A DNA stretch of 64,000 nt from an uncultured Acidobacteriota bacterium. GTDB taxonomy: Bacteria > Acidobacteriota > Thermoanaerobaculia > UBA5066. Under the pieces are notes generated by a model, which saw only the letters and a program-made list of their open reading frames with translations, ran no database searches and was not told the DNA's origin. Shown here one piece after another: positions 21,801 through 32,709 of the stretch; the stretch's first letter is position 1; the number at the start of each line of letters is the position of its first letter. Both the position numbers and the translations under genes were made by a program. The stretch is taken from assembly GCA_963776915.1 (NCBI GenBank), contig CAVZPE010000004.1, forward strand, positions 513,812 to 577,811, in the 5' to 3' direction.

Positions 21801-22295
21801 TCAGCGGGCGCGTCGGGTCCTCGCGGCCGGCTTCCTCGACTTGAGCGTGTCGATCTTCCTTCCGAGGGTGTCGACCTTCGCGGCCAGGTTGCGGAGCTCG
21901 TGGCGGGTGGGGACGTTGAGGCGGTGCAGGCCCTTCTCGACGGCCGTGCCGACCTTGTCCCCGACCATCTTCGTGACGTCCTCGGCGCGGCGGGCGGCCT
22001 GCTGGCTGGCCTTCTGCACGCGCGTCTTCACGTCCTTCGTGAGCTTCTCGCCGAGGTCCTTGCCGGACTCGACGACGTCCTCGACGAACGCGCGGGGAGC
22101 CTTCGCGAACGACTCGCCCGTCTTGGCGAGGTCGCGGGCGGCGACGCGGACCGTCTTCTCGGCCTTCACGGCGGCGGTCTTCGCCTTCGCGCCGAGGCGG
22201 TCGAACTCCGTGCCGGCGTTCTTGAGCGCCTGCTTGACCGGGGTGGGGACCTCGAAGGGCAGCTTCGGGGCCGTCTTGCGGGTGGTGGTCTTCAT
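21801..22295 (-). CDS. Phasin (PHA granule-associated protein)
   Basis: AGGAGG lies 7 nt upstream of the ATG at 22295 ([21 protein letters not shown]...). The coiled-coil C-terminus [28 protein letters not shown] is typical of phasins. The start overlaps the upstream stop (ATGA). Confidence 0.7.
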   Translation of the reverse strand: MKTTTRKTAPKLPFEVPTPVKQALKNAGTEFDRLGAKAKTAAVKAEKTVRVAARDLAKTGESFAKAPRAFVEDVVESGKDLGEKLTKDVKTRVQKASQQAARRAEDVTKMVGDKVGTAVEKGLHRLNVPTRHELRNLAAKVDTLGRKIDTLKSRKPAARTRRAR

Positions 22296-22988
22296 CGGCT
22301 TTTCCTCCTGCCTTTGGCGGACGCGGAGGCGCGGCCGGGCTTGGCCGCGGCGCGCTCGCGCGCTGGTTTCCGGGAACGACTTCTTGGCGAGCGATTCCAG
22401 CTGGGCGAGGCGCGTCTTGATCTGGGCGACGTCCCGGGCGAGCTCAGGCTGGCCGCCGAGACGGCTGCCGAGGTCCCGGACGCTGCCCGTGAGGTCCGCG
22501 AGGCTCTCGCGGAAGACGAGTCCGACGTCGTCGCGCAGCCGGGCGCCCTCCTCCCACGTCACGCGGCCCTTCTCGACGAGCCCCCCGACGATCTTCTCGA
22601 TGTCCTGGCGGGCGTCCTCGATCTTCCGGGTCAGGGGAGCGAGCGTCTGGCCGAGGTTCTCCGGGCGGGCGGCCTTGCGCAGGCTCTCGGCGACGCCGGT
22701 CGCCCCGACGCGCTCGGCGGCGCCGGCGACGGTCTCGGCGGCCTCGCTGCCGGCCCTCAGGATCCGCGCGAGCGTGTCCGCGGACGCGGTCACGGGCGAC
22801 TTGCCCGACGCGAGGGCGCGGGAGAGGACCCGGGCGGTGATGTCCTCGCCCGTGTCGGCTGCGATGACCTCCAGGCGGACCCCGGTCGAGACGGCGCGGG
22901 CGAGGTCTTCGAGCGTCACGAAACGGCGTTCCTTGGCCTCGTAGAGCTTCCGGTTCCGGTAGCGGACGATTCGTCTCACGTCGCTCAT
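22292..22988 (-). pseudogene. phaR: PHA synthesis repressor PhaR, one frame change near 22375
   Basis: The N-terminus [30 protein letters not shown] is the PHB_acc_N DNA-binding motif. The tail [27 protein letters not shown] is in another frame and ends in the ATGA overlap. The 395-aa ORF in the track is a read-through fusion. Confidence 0.75.
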
Positions 22989-23077
22989 GGACGTGAAGAT
23001 AACGCGTCGCGTAATGTCTTGTCAAGGGGAAATTGTGCAACGCGTCATTCCGCGGCCCGCGGGCTAACATCCCGGCC

Positions 23078-24763
23078 ATGTCCGCACCCGCCGCCGCCCC
23101 TCCCTACGCACCTCCGGACCTGCCGAAGGGCACCGCAGAAGTCCTGCCGGTCGTGGCTCACGGAGGCCCCTTACCGCATGCTGCTCAACAACCTCGACCC
23201 GGAGGTGGCCGAGCGCCGGGAGGACCTCGTCGTCTACGGCGGCTCGGGAAAGGCGGCGCGGAACCCGGAGTGCCTCGAGGCGATCCTCCGGGAGCTCCGG
23301 CGCCTCGGGGACGACGAGACCCTCCTCGTCCAGTCCGGCAAGCCGGTCGGAGTGTTCCGGACGCACGCGGACGCTCCGCGCGTCCTCATCGCGAACTCGA
23401 ATCTGGTGCCGAAATGGGGCACATGGGACGAATTCCGTCGGCTCGAGGCGCTCGGCCTGACGATGTACGGGCAGATGACCGCGGGGTCGTGGATCTACAT
23501 CGGCACGCAGGGGATCCTCCAGGGGACGTACGAGACGTTCGCGGAGGCCGCGCGGCGGGACCTCGGGTCGGCGGACGGCTCGCTCGCCGGCCGCCTCGCC
23601 GTCACGGCCGGCCTCGGCGGGAATGGGCGGCGCCCAGCCTCTGGCGGTCACGATGTGCGGGGGCACGGCCCTCGTCGCCGAGGTCGATCCGGCCCGGATC
23701 GACAAGCGCCTCGCGACGCGTTACCTCGACCTCAGGCTCGACGGGCTCGACGCGGCGATCGACCGGGCCCTCGCGGCCCGGGACGCGAAGGAGGCCGTCT
23801 CGATCGGCGTCCGCGCTAACGCGGTGGATCTCCTCGAGCGGCTCCTCGCGCGCGGGATCGTCCCGGACGTCCTCACGGACCAGACCTCCGCCCACGACGA
23901 GCTGAACGGTTACGTCCCGCACGGACTCCCGTACGAGGAGGCGCTGAAGCTGAGGACCGCCGATCCCGAGGCCTACCGCGGCCGCGCGATCGCCTCGATG
24001 GGCGCGCACGTGAGGGCGATGCTCGCGCTCAAGCGGCGCGGCGCCGTGACCTTCGACTACGGCAACAACCTCCGCGCGGGCGCGGTCCAGGCCGGCGTCG
24101 CGGACGCCTTCGAGATCGTCGGATTCGTCCCGCTCTACATCCGGCCGCTCTTCTGCGAGGGCAAGGGCCCGTTCCGCTGGGCCGCGCTCTCCGGAGACCC
24201 TGCCGACATCGCCGCGACCGACCGGGCGATCCTCGACCTCTTCCCGGAGAACGCCGCGCTCCGCCGCTGGATCACCCTCGCCGGGCAGCGCGTCGCGTTC
24301 CAGGGGTTGCCGGCGCGGATCTGCTGGCTCGGCTACGGCGAGCGCGCGAAGGCCGGCCTGGCCTTCAACGAGCTCGTCAGGACCGGGCGCGTGAAGGCTC
24401 CGATCGTGATCGGGCGCGACCACCTCGACTGCGGGTCGGTCGCCTCGCCGAACCGCGAGACGGAGGCGATGCGGGACGGGAGCGACGCGATCGCGGACTG
24501 GCCGCTCCTGAACGCAATGTTGAACACGGCCGCGGGCGCGACGTGGGTCTCGATCCACCATGGCGGAGGAGTCGGGATCGGCTACTCGCTGCACGCGGGC
24601 ATGGTCGTCGTCGCGGACGGCACGGACGCGGCCGCCGTGCGGCTCGCAGCGCGTCCTCACGACGGACCCCGGGACGGGCGTGATCCGCCACGCGGACGCG
24701 GGGTATCCCGAGGCCATCGCCTGCGCCGAGAGGAACGGCATCCCCGTCCCGATGCGCCGTTGA
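23078..24763 (+). pseudogene. hutU: Urocanate hydratase, about 3 frame changes
   Basis: The pieces are MSAPAAAPP.. (ORF 23033), [47 protein letters not shown] (ORF 21759), [38 protein letters not shown] (ORF 23623) and [34 protein letters not shown] (ORF 24560). GGGAATGGG at about 23625 looks like a 1-nt insertion in GLGGMGGAQP. Confidence 0.85.
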
Positions 24764-27700
24764 GCGACCGGCCCCGGCGCCGCCTCGCGCTCGCGGCGGG
24801 CGCCATGGCCGGCCTCGCGCTCGTCGCGGCGATGGCGCTGCGGCTCGCGCCCGTCGGCGGCGACGCCGTCCGGGCGCGGGAGGACGGCTTCCGCGCGGGC
24901 GCCGAGCAGCAGCTCGAGCGCGACCTCGCGGACCTGCGCCGGACGGCCGAGCGCCTCCAGGCCTCGCGGGATTTCGCGGCCATCGTGGACGGCGGCGGCG
25001 CCGAGGTTCGGCCCGCGCGCCTCTTCACGCTGCTCGGCAACGCCCTGCCTCCCGGGCGCGGCTGGGGGGCCGTCTTCTTCGACCCGGCCGGACGGCCCGT
25101 CGCGTGGGCCGGCGATGCCGCCGGGCTCGAGGCCGAGCGCGGGGCGGCGACCAGCGGTGTCGTCGTCTCCTATCACGTGACGCGGGTCTTCGTCGGATGG
25201 GTCTCGCCGCGTGGCGAGAACGGCGCGCGCGGGACGCTCGTCGTGACCCGGCGTTACCCGACCGGGATCATCCGGCCCGACCTGATCGAGTACCTCGGCC
25301 TTCCGGGCGGACCCTCGCCCCTCCGCCTGAGGCTGCGCTCGGCCGAGAGTCGCGACCGGCTCTTCACGTTCTTCATCGAGCCGCCGGCCCCCGGAGTCGC
25401 GGCGGACGACGTCGCCCGCCGGCGGGCCCTCCCGGCGGCTCTCGTCCTCGGGGCGCTCGCCGTGGCGCTCGGCGTGGTGGCGCGCCGGCCGGTGACGGGT
25501 CTCGCCGCCGCCCGCTTCGCCCTTCTCCTCGGCATGCCGCGCGGCGTCTCGGAGCTCTTCGCGCCGATCCCGCCGGGAGGGTCCGTCCTCGGCCTCTTCT
25601 CGACCCCCGCGGACGTCCTCCTGACGGGCCTTCTCGCCGCCGCGGCCGCGGGCGCCCTCGCTCGCGCCGCCTCGGCCTCCCGGCGCCTCGGCTCCGCCGC
25701 GCTCCTGGCGGCGCCGCTGGCCTGCCTCCCGTGGCTCGCGGGCCGCTGGGCCGGATCGGAGCGGCCGGGCCTGTTCGAGGGAATGAGCGTCGTTCCCGCG
25801 GGCGCCGCCGCATTCGCGGAACAGACGGGCCTCATCGCGCTCTCCGCCGCCGGCCTCCTCGCGGCGGGCGCGCTCCTCTCGCGGCTGCTGCCGCGCCGGC
25901 GCCACGGCGCGATCGCCGCCCTGGCCGTCGCCGTCGCCGGAGCCGCCTTCCTGGCGTCGGGCGGGCCGATTGCCGCGCCCCTCGGCCTCGCGTCCGCCGT
26001 CCTGGCCGCCGCCGCGCTGGCGCACCGCGCGGTTCCGTCGGCGCGCGAGGACCTCCTCGCCCGCGCCTCCACGGCGGTCTTCGTCGTCGGGGCCGCGACT
26101 CTCCTCTTCGGCGCGGGGCTCGCGGACGGGGGCAGGCGCTTCGTCGATCGCGCCCTTCTCAGGGCCGAGCGCGCGGCGGCGGGGGATGCGCGCCGAGTCG
26201 GGCAACGCGTCGATCGCGCGGTGGGAGGCGCGGGTCGGCGACCCGGACCTCGAGCCCTGGCTGCCCGCCGCGGACCGGACCCACAACGACGACCTCGCGC
26301 GCGCCCTCTGGGTGCGCGGCGCCGACGCGGACTTCCCGGAGCTCGGCGACATGCTCACGATCCGCAGCCCGCTCGAGGCGACGACGTCGTCGTTCGGCGT
26401 CATGCGTCCCGGGAGCCGCGCGCCGGACGCCGTGCGGCCCGTGTCCATCCCGTCCGGGTTTCCCGGCGACCTTCCTGCACGTCGCGTGGCCGCGCGAGTC
26501 GGACCGGGATCCGCTCCTGTCGTGGGTCGCGTCGCGCGACGTCCCGGACCGCGTGGCGGCCGAGCGGCTGGAGTGGGATGCGGCGGGCCGGCCGTCCGGC
26601 CCGCGGGGCGAGAGCGTCGAGCTGCCGCCGTCCCTTCTCGCGGCGGCGCGCCGCAGGGGGAAGGCCGTCGGCGTGGCGGACACGCCCGACGGCCCGCGGC
26701 GGGTCCACGTCGAGGTCCGCTCCGGACGGCTTCGCGGGGTTCGCCGCGCCCGTGAATCCGCCCCTGACCTCGGCCGGCGAGGCGGTGGCGGCCGGGGAGG
26801 CCGCCCTCGTCCTCCTCGTGCCGGTCCTCTTCGCGTTCCGGCCCGTCCCGGCGGGGCCGGCGCGCGCGGCCGAGGTTCTTCGGGACGTTCCGCGCGCGGC
26901 TCGTCGCGCTCGTCGTGCTCTTCGGCGCCCTGCCGCTCGCCGCGAGCGTCGTCCTCGTGCGCGTGGCGCTCGCGAACCACGCGACGCGCGAGACCGGTCG
27001 TCGCGCGCGCGACCTCGTCATGGAAGGGCGCCGCGTCCTCCAGAGCGGCGAGGAGGGACTCGCGACCTCTCCGGAAGGGGAGCTGAACCGCGCCGCGGCC
27101 GTCATCGGCACGGATCTCCTGCGCTACCGCGACGGCACGCTCGTCGCCGCCTCGCGGGCGCTGCCCGGTTTCGGCGTCGATCGCGCGCGAGCGTCTCTCG
27201 GCGACGGTCGCGCAGGGCCTCGCGGAGGGGCGCCCGTCGGCCGTCGGCCGCACGGCGCACGAGCACGCCCGGGCGCCCCCCGCGTCGTCGAGGCCGCCGA
27301 GGCCCTCTCCCGCGACGGCCGTGACGTCCTCGCGGTCGTCGTCGGTGAGGACGAGGCGCTCCGTTCGGCGGCCGACGGGCTCGTCCTGCTCTCGGTCGCC
27401 GTCGCGCTCGCGGCGCTCGGCCTCGGGGGTCGCGCGGCCCTCGCGCTCGGACAGCCCCTCGAGGACCTTCTCGAGGCGACCGGGAAGGTCGGCGAGGGGC
27501 AGGCGCTGCCGCCGCTCGAGCGCCCGGAGAACGCCGATCTCGCGCGCCTCGTCGACGCGTTCGGCCGGATGTCGGCACGCGTCGAGGAGCGCACGCAGTC
27601 GCTCGCGCGCGAGCGCGCGTCGGCCGTCGGCCTCCTCGCGAACCTCACGGCGGCGGTGGTCCTCTTCCGGCGCCGGGACGGCGCGGTCCTCCTCTCGAAC

Positions 27701-28654
27701 GAGGCGGCGGACCGCATCCTGCCGGGCGGGGGCCTCGCGGAGCGGATCGGCGGCCCCGAGTGGGCGCCGCTGAGGGCCGCGCTCGACGCGGCCGCGGCAC
27801 GGCCGTCGCCGTACGAGACGCGGGTCGCCGGTCGGCGGCCCTCGCGGGAGCGCCTCTTCCGGGTGGCGATCGTGACCCTGCCGGAGGACCGCGAGGAGGA
27901 GGGGCGGGCGATCCTGCTCCTCGAGGACCTGACCGAGTTCACGCGCGCCGACCGGCTCGCGGCGTGGGTGGACGCGGCGCGCGCGATCGCGCACGACATC
28001 AAGAACCCGCTCACGCCGATCCGCCTCGCCGCCGAGCGCCTCGGGCGCTTCGAGGAGCGCCGCGACGCCGCGCCTCCCGGCGCCTTCGCCGAGATCTCGT
28101 CGAACATCCTGCGGCAGGTCGGGATCCTCACGGAGCGCATCGGGAGGCTCGGCCGGTTCGGCGATCCCGGCGGCGCTCGACCGCCAGCGCCTCGACGCGG
28201 CGGCCGTCCGCGCGCTCCTCGAGGAGGTCGCGGCCGACTTCCGGTCGCACGAGGGCCTCTCGGTGTCGGTCGAGGCGGCGGCGGACCTGCGTCCCTTCGC
28301 GGCCGACCGGCTTCTCCTGCGCGACGCCCTCACGAACTTCCTCGTGAACGCGGCCGAGGCCCTGGCCGAGCGCGGCGGCTCGGTCGTCCTGTCGGCGATC
28401 AACGCCCCGCTGCCCGGCGGGGCCCCGGGCGTGCGCTTCGCGTGCGCCGACGACGGGCCCGGGCGCGCCCGGGGGCCTCGCGGATCGCCTCTTCGAGCCG
28501 GCGTTCTCCACGAAGGCGCGCGGCTCGGGGATGGGTCTCGCCGCGGTGCGCCGGACCGTGGAGCGGCACGGCGGCGCGGTGTTCGCGGAGGCCGCGCCCG
28601 GCCCGCGGGCTCGTGATCGGCTTCACGCTCCCCGCGCTATCATCGCCTCCGTGA
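24760..28654 (+). pseudogene. Large NtrY-like membrane sensor histidine kinase (multi-TM, HAMP, PAS, HisKA, HATPase_c), at least 8 frame changes
   Basis: The TTG start overlaps the hutU stop (GTTGA). Several TM segments lie between 24.8 and 26.1 kb. The H-box is AIAHDIKNPLTPIRL and the N-box is LLLRDALTNFLVNAAEAL. The G-boxes DDGPG..GSGMGLAAVRR are spread over frames 23623, 25970, 25104, 26915, 28263 and 28531. Confidence 0.7.
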
Positions 28655-28676
28655 GAGCGGCATCCGACGCCGCGGC

Positions 28677-30183
28677 GTGCGCGCCGCGTTCCGGACGGGC
28701 ATCGCCCTGTCCTCTCGCGGTGCTCGCCCTTCCGCGTCCGGCGGCTGCCGCCGCGGGCGCGAGCCGGCGGGCGCGCCCCCGCCGACGCCCGGGGCCGCGC
28801 GGACGGACGCCCTCTTCCTCTCGGAGGCGCCCGCGTTCGTTCCGGACGACGCCGAGACCGAGCTCGGGGCGATGGGGATCGCGCGACTCTACGTCGTCGC
28901 CGCGACCCTCGGCCGGGACGGCCGCGCGACGCCCGCGCCGCCGCCCCCGGCGCCCCTGAAGCGTCCGATCGTCCTCGTCCTCATGGGCGAGGAGGGCGCC
29001 GCCTCGACGCTCACGGGCCGGGGCGCCGAGACCGGCGCCGAGTGGGCCCGCGCCGTCGCGCGGGTGCTCTCCGATTCCGGAGAGCTGGGGCCGGGTCGGC
29101 GGGCGTCCACGTGCACATCTGGCCGTCGCCCGAGCAGGCGAAGGACCTCGCGACCGCGCTGGCCGACGCTCAAGAAGTCGATCGGCGGGGCCCCGGTTTC
29201 GGTCACGCTTCCCGCCTCGGGCGAGCCCGACGGCCTGGAAGCCGCTCGCGGCGCCGCCGACGAGGCGCTCGTCTTCGCGTTCGGACGGCGCTCCGAGCTC
29301 GGCGGACGGATCGTGAGCGAGATGCCCGAGGAGTCCGCGAACGCTCTTCCCGATCCCGTTCCGCCTGCTCGTGGCGCTCGGGAGCTACGGGCGCACGGGC
29401 GACGGACGGGCGTTCGACGGAAGGATCCTCCAGGACGGGAAGATCGACGACCTCTCGGAGGACCGCGCTCTGGACTTCGAGTTCGGCCAGCAGGTCTTCT
29501 CGGCGGATCCGGGCACGGTCTACACGTTCAAGCCGCGTCCCGGGGGGCACTCGTCCCTCACGGCCGACGGCGGCTGGGCGCGGTTCCAGATCCCGACGAT
29601 GGCCGAGTGCGTGCGCGCGCTCGCGACGGCGTCGCGGTGGACCGCCCCGACCTATCTCGGGAACGTCTTTCTCGTCGGCGGCATCCCGAACGACGGATTC
29701 CTGCTCGGATACGCCGCCGTGCGGGCTCTCCTCACGGGCAAGCCGATCGAGCCGCGCCTGTCGGTGGAGGTCGAGCCCGCGGGCGCGGGTCACGGCTGGG
29801 CCGAGATCACCGTGAAGTCGACGAACACCGGGCCGTCGCCGACCGACCTCTCGCACTACAACAGCTACGTGCAGCTGCGCGTCGAGGGGGGCACGGTGGC
29901 CTCCGTGCGCGTGGGCGACTTCGACCGCTACGAGCAGCTGACGTCGCAGGCCGACGGCTACCGGCCGACGCTCCCCGGCCGGGCCGTCGTCTGCCGCCTC
30001 TTCGAGAACCTCTTCGCGCCGGGCGAGGTGGATCTCTCGGGCCCGATTCGCGTCGCCGGCGCGCATCCGCGCGTCTACGCGAGCTGGCACCTGACGGCGC
30101 CGGACGGCAAGGTCAGCCACGGACCCGAGGTCGAGGTCGCGGTGACCGCCCCTCCGAAGGCCCCGGCCTCCCGGCGACGCTAG
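28677..30183 (+). pseudogene. Hypothetical protein (~500 aa), about 3 frame changes
   Basis: Coding-like pieces are found in ORF 28677 (LYVVAATLGRDGR..IVLVLMGEEG), ORF 29042 (AGVHVHIWPSPEQAKDLATALADA) and ORF 29371 (270 aa: GSYGRTGDGRAFDGRILQDGKIDDL...). I recognise no family. Confidence 0.4.
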
Positions 30184-31173
30184 GGACCGATTCGCCCGGC
30201 GCGGAGCAGGTCCTCGGCGAGCCGCACCGCGAGCAGCGCGCCGGCGCGCCGCAGGTGGTCCGCCGCGAGGGTGAGCCGAACGCGGCGTCCGGAGGACGCG
30301 ACGTCGAGGACGAGCGTCTCGTCCCGCCCGGCGGATTCCACCGGGCCCGAGAGGTCCTCGGGATCGACGACGTCGAAGGCGCTCTTCTTCGCGCCGAAGG
30401 CCGCGCGGACGGCGGCCGCGGCCGGCGCCTCGGACGCGAGGCGCAGCTCGACCCTCAGGAAGTGGCCGTGAAAGACGCCGGTGCGGGCCGAGAGCAGGCC
30501 GAGGGGGAGGGGGCGGCCGAGGAGCGCGGAGACGTCGTCGACGATGCGGCGCTCGTAGGGCTCGGTGTCGGCGGGCACGAAGGCGTTGAACGCGCTCTGC
30601 GTGCCGAGGTACCTCCTTCGGGACCGGCCGGAACGCCGCGAGCGCGACGGCCTGCGCGAAGAGCTCGTCGAGCGCGGCTTTCCCGAGCTCGCTCGCGGGA
30701 CGGTCGATGGCGACGGTCGCCTCCGCGACCGCCCCGAGCGTGTCCACGGTCGCGATCGCCTCGGCGAGGACGAACGCGACGGGGTGCGGCAGCGCGAGGA
30801 CGTTCCCGGCCGGGAGCGCGCGCGTGACGCCGTCCCCCGAGGGTACGGCGAGCGGTCCGGCGCCGCGCGCGCCGGACAGGTCGAGGGCGAGACACGAATC
30901 CGTCCGGGTGGCGAGGAAGCGCTCCGTGTCGACGGCGGATCCGCAGAGGAACGCGACCGCGCACGTGTCGAGCGCATCCGGCGTCAGGGGAGCGACGAAC
31001 GCGACCTCGTCGTCGTCTTCCGTCAGGATCCCGCCCGGCTGCGGCGTCTGGTGGAAGAGGTGGATCTTCGAGGCGGGGAAGGCGCGCTCCTTGAGCGCGG
31101 CCCGCAGGTCCCGCCCGAGGAGGGTCGTCGGCTCGACGAGGGCGACCGGAACGCCGGGCGGGGCCGTCTTCAC
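30180..31173 (-). pseudogene. Aspartate-semialdehyde dehydrogenase-family (USG-1-like) protein, one frame change near 30610
   Basis: The GTG start overlaps the pssA stop (GTGA). The N-terminal piece comes from ORF 29203 (VKTAPPGVPVALVEPTTLLGRDLRAAL...). The C-terminal piece comes from ORF 30180 (TQSAFNAFVPADTEPYERRIVDDV..TGVFHGHFLRVELRL). The fold assignment is by eye. Confidence 0.5.
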
Positions 31174-31922
31174 GCCGCGGCGTCCTTCGGGCGGCCGCGC
31201 AGGAGTCCCGCGAGCCGCGCGAGGGGGGCCGAGGCGGCGTAGGTCACGAGGAGCCCGGCGAGCGCGTACTGCCGGAGCCAGTAGATGAGCCCGAGGACGA
31301 CCACGATGAGGAGGAAGTAGAACCGCCCGCGCCGGGTCCTGTAGTCGACGTCCTTGAAGGACCGGTACCGGAACGTCGAGACCATGAGGAACGCGAGGAC
31401 CGCGGTCGCCCCGAGGAACACGCCCCGGACGGTGTCCGTGAGCCACTCGGACGGAACGGCCCAGACGGCGCCGCAGAGGGCGCCCGCCGCCGACGGGATC
31501 GGGAGCCCGACGAAGTGGCGCTTGTCCACGACGTGGATCTGCACGTTGAAGCGCGCGAGGCGCATCGCGCCGCACACGGCGAAGAGGAACGAGACGAGGA
31601 GGCCGGCGCGGCCGAACCCGGAGAGCGCCCAGTGGTAGACGAGGAAGGCGGGCGCGACGCCGAAGGACACGACGTCCGCGAGGGAATCGAGCTGCTCGCC
31701 GAACGCCGAGGTCGATCCGGTCATGCGGGCGACGCGCCCGTCCACCCCGTCGAAGAACGCCGCGGCGAAGATGAGGATCGCCGCGTACTCGAAGGCCCCC
31801 CTGGCGGAGGCGTCGAGCGAGAGAAAACCGCAGAAGATGTTACCCGCCGTGAACAGCGCGGGCAGCACGTAGATTCCCCGGCGCACCCCGCGCCGCGGGG
31901 GAGACGAGGGGGGGTCGCCCAA
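31170..31922 (-). CDS. pssA: CDP-diacylglycerol--serine O-phosphatidyltransferase
   Basis: This is an intact 250-aa ORF. It carries the CDP-alcohol phosphotransferase motif DGVDGRVAR..G..LDSLAD and several TM segments. Confidence 0.85.
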   Translation of the reverse strand: MGDPPSSPPRRGVRRGIYVLPALFTAGNIFCGFLSLDASARGAFEYAAILIFAAAFFDGVDGRVARMTGSTSAFGEQLDSLADVVSFGVAPAFLVYHWALSGFGRAGLLVSFLFAVCGAMRLARFNVQIHVVDKRHFVGLPIPSAAGALCGAVWAVPSEWLTDTVRGVFLGATAVLAFLMVSTFRYRSFKDVDYRTRRGRFYFLLIVVVLGLIYWLRQYALAGLLVTYAASAPLARLAGLLRGRPKDAAA

Positions 31923-31930
31923 CCGGGTTC

Positions 31931-32167
31931 CTAGTGCGCCGAGATCCGCGCCCGGTGCTCGCGCGCGATCTCTTCCATGCGGTCCTTCAGGTGGAGTTTT
32001 TCCTTCTTGAGCCGCTTCTCCTCGACTTCCTCGTCCGTGGAGAGGAAGGTCTTGGTCGCGAGCTCGGCCAGCCGCCGTTCGTGTTCGTGATGGTTCCGGA
32101 GCAGGGATTTGAACTCGTCGTTGTGGCCGGCCAGTTCCTGCTTGATCTCGTCGGTCAAGGACGTCAT
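31931..32167 (-). CDS. DUF465 (YdcH-like) small coiled-coil protein
   Basis: The ORF track begins at GTG 32173. I prefer the ATG at 32167, which lies 5 nt after GAGGAGG. The sequence is MTSLTDEIKQELAGHNDEFKSLLRNHHEHERRLAEL..EEKRLKKEKLHLKDRM. Confidence 0.7.
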   Translation of the reverse strand: MTSLTDEIKQELAGHNDEFKSLLRNHHEHERRLAELATKTFLSTDEEVEEKRLKKEKLHLKDRMEEIAREHRARISAH

Positions 32168-32238
32168 CGCCACCTCCTCAAGTTACGGTGCCCCGGAGTG
32201 CCCGGGGCGGTGAGTCTGTAATCCCGGCCCGTGCGCCG

Positions 32239-32709
32239 TCAAGGCGCCGAATGCCTCATGTTCCGGACGAGGACGAGGGCGTCCTCGCCGTCCAGGTAGT
32301 AGCGGCTCCTCCGGCCGGCCTCCTGGAAGCCGAGGCCGGCGTAGAACGCCCGCGCGGACCGGTTCGAAACGCGGACCTCGAGAAAGATCTCCTCGACGCC
32401 GGTGCGGGCGGCGAAGGAAAGGACCTCGTCCATGAGAAGCGAGGCGACGCCCCGGCGCCGGTGCCGCTCGGCCACCGCGATCTTGTTGACGTGCAGCTCT
32501 CCCGCCGCGAACGCGCAGAAGACGTAGCCCGCGAGGTCGCCCTTCGGCCCGATCGCGACGCGGTTGAGCCGGTGAGCGGCGCCGACCTCCACCGCGAAGT
32601 ACTCGCGCTTCCACGGGATCGGGAACGCGGCGTGCTCGAGGGCGGCGATCGCGTCGAGGTCGATCGCGTCCGCGTCGCGCGTCGTGACGGACTCGGCCAG
32701 CGCGCTCAT
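32239..32709 (-). CDS. rimI: Ribosomal-protein-alanine N-acetyltransferase
   Basis: A 156-aa protein starts at the internal ATG 32709 of ORF 32239-33381. The GNAT motif is IAVAERHRRRGVASLLM. There is an ATGA overlap with tsaB. Confidence 0.8.
   Translation of the reverse strand: MSALAESVTTRDADAIDLDAIAALEHAAFPIPWKREYFAVEVGAAHRLNRVAIGPKGDLAGYVFCAFAAGELHVNKIAVAERHRRRGVASLLMDEVLSFAARTGVEEIFLEVRVSNRSARAFYAGLGFQEAGRRSRYYLDGEDALVLVRNMRHSAP

Noticed and set aside
21801-22988. A single 395-aa PhaR-phasin fusion protein.
   Set aside because: An internal AGGAGG plus ATG, together with an alternative-frame PhaR tail ending in an ATGA overlap, indicates two genes joined by a frame change.
23602-27111. 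A 1169-aa minus-strand ORF.
   Set aside because: It is antisense to hutU and the sensor kinase. Its composition is dominated by R, G, P and A with no recognisable domain, so it is a GC artefact.
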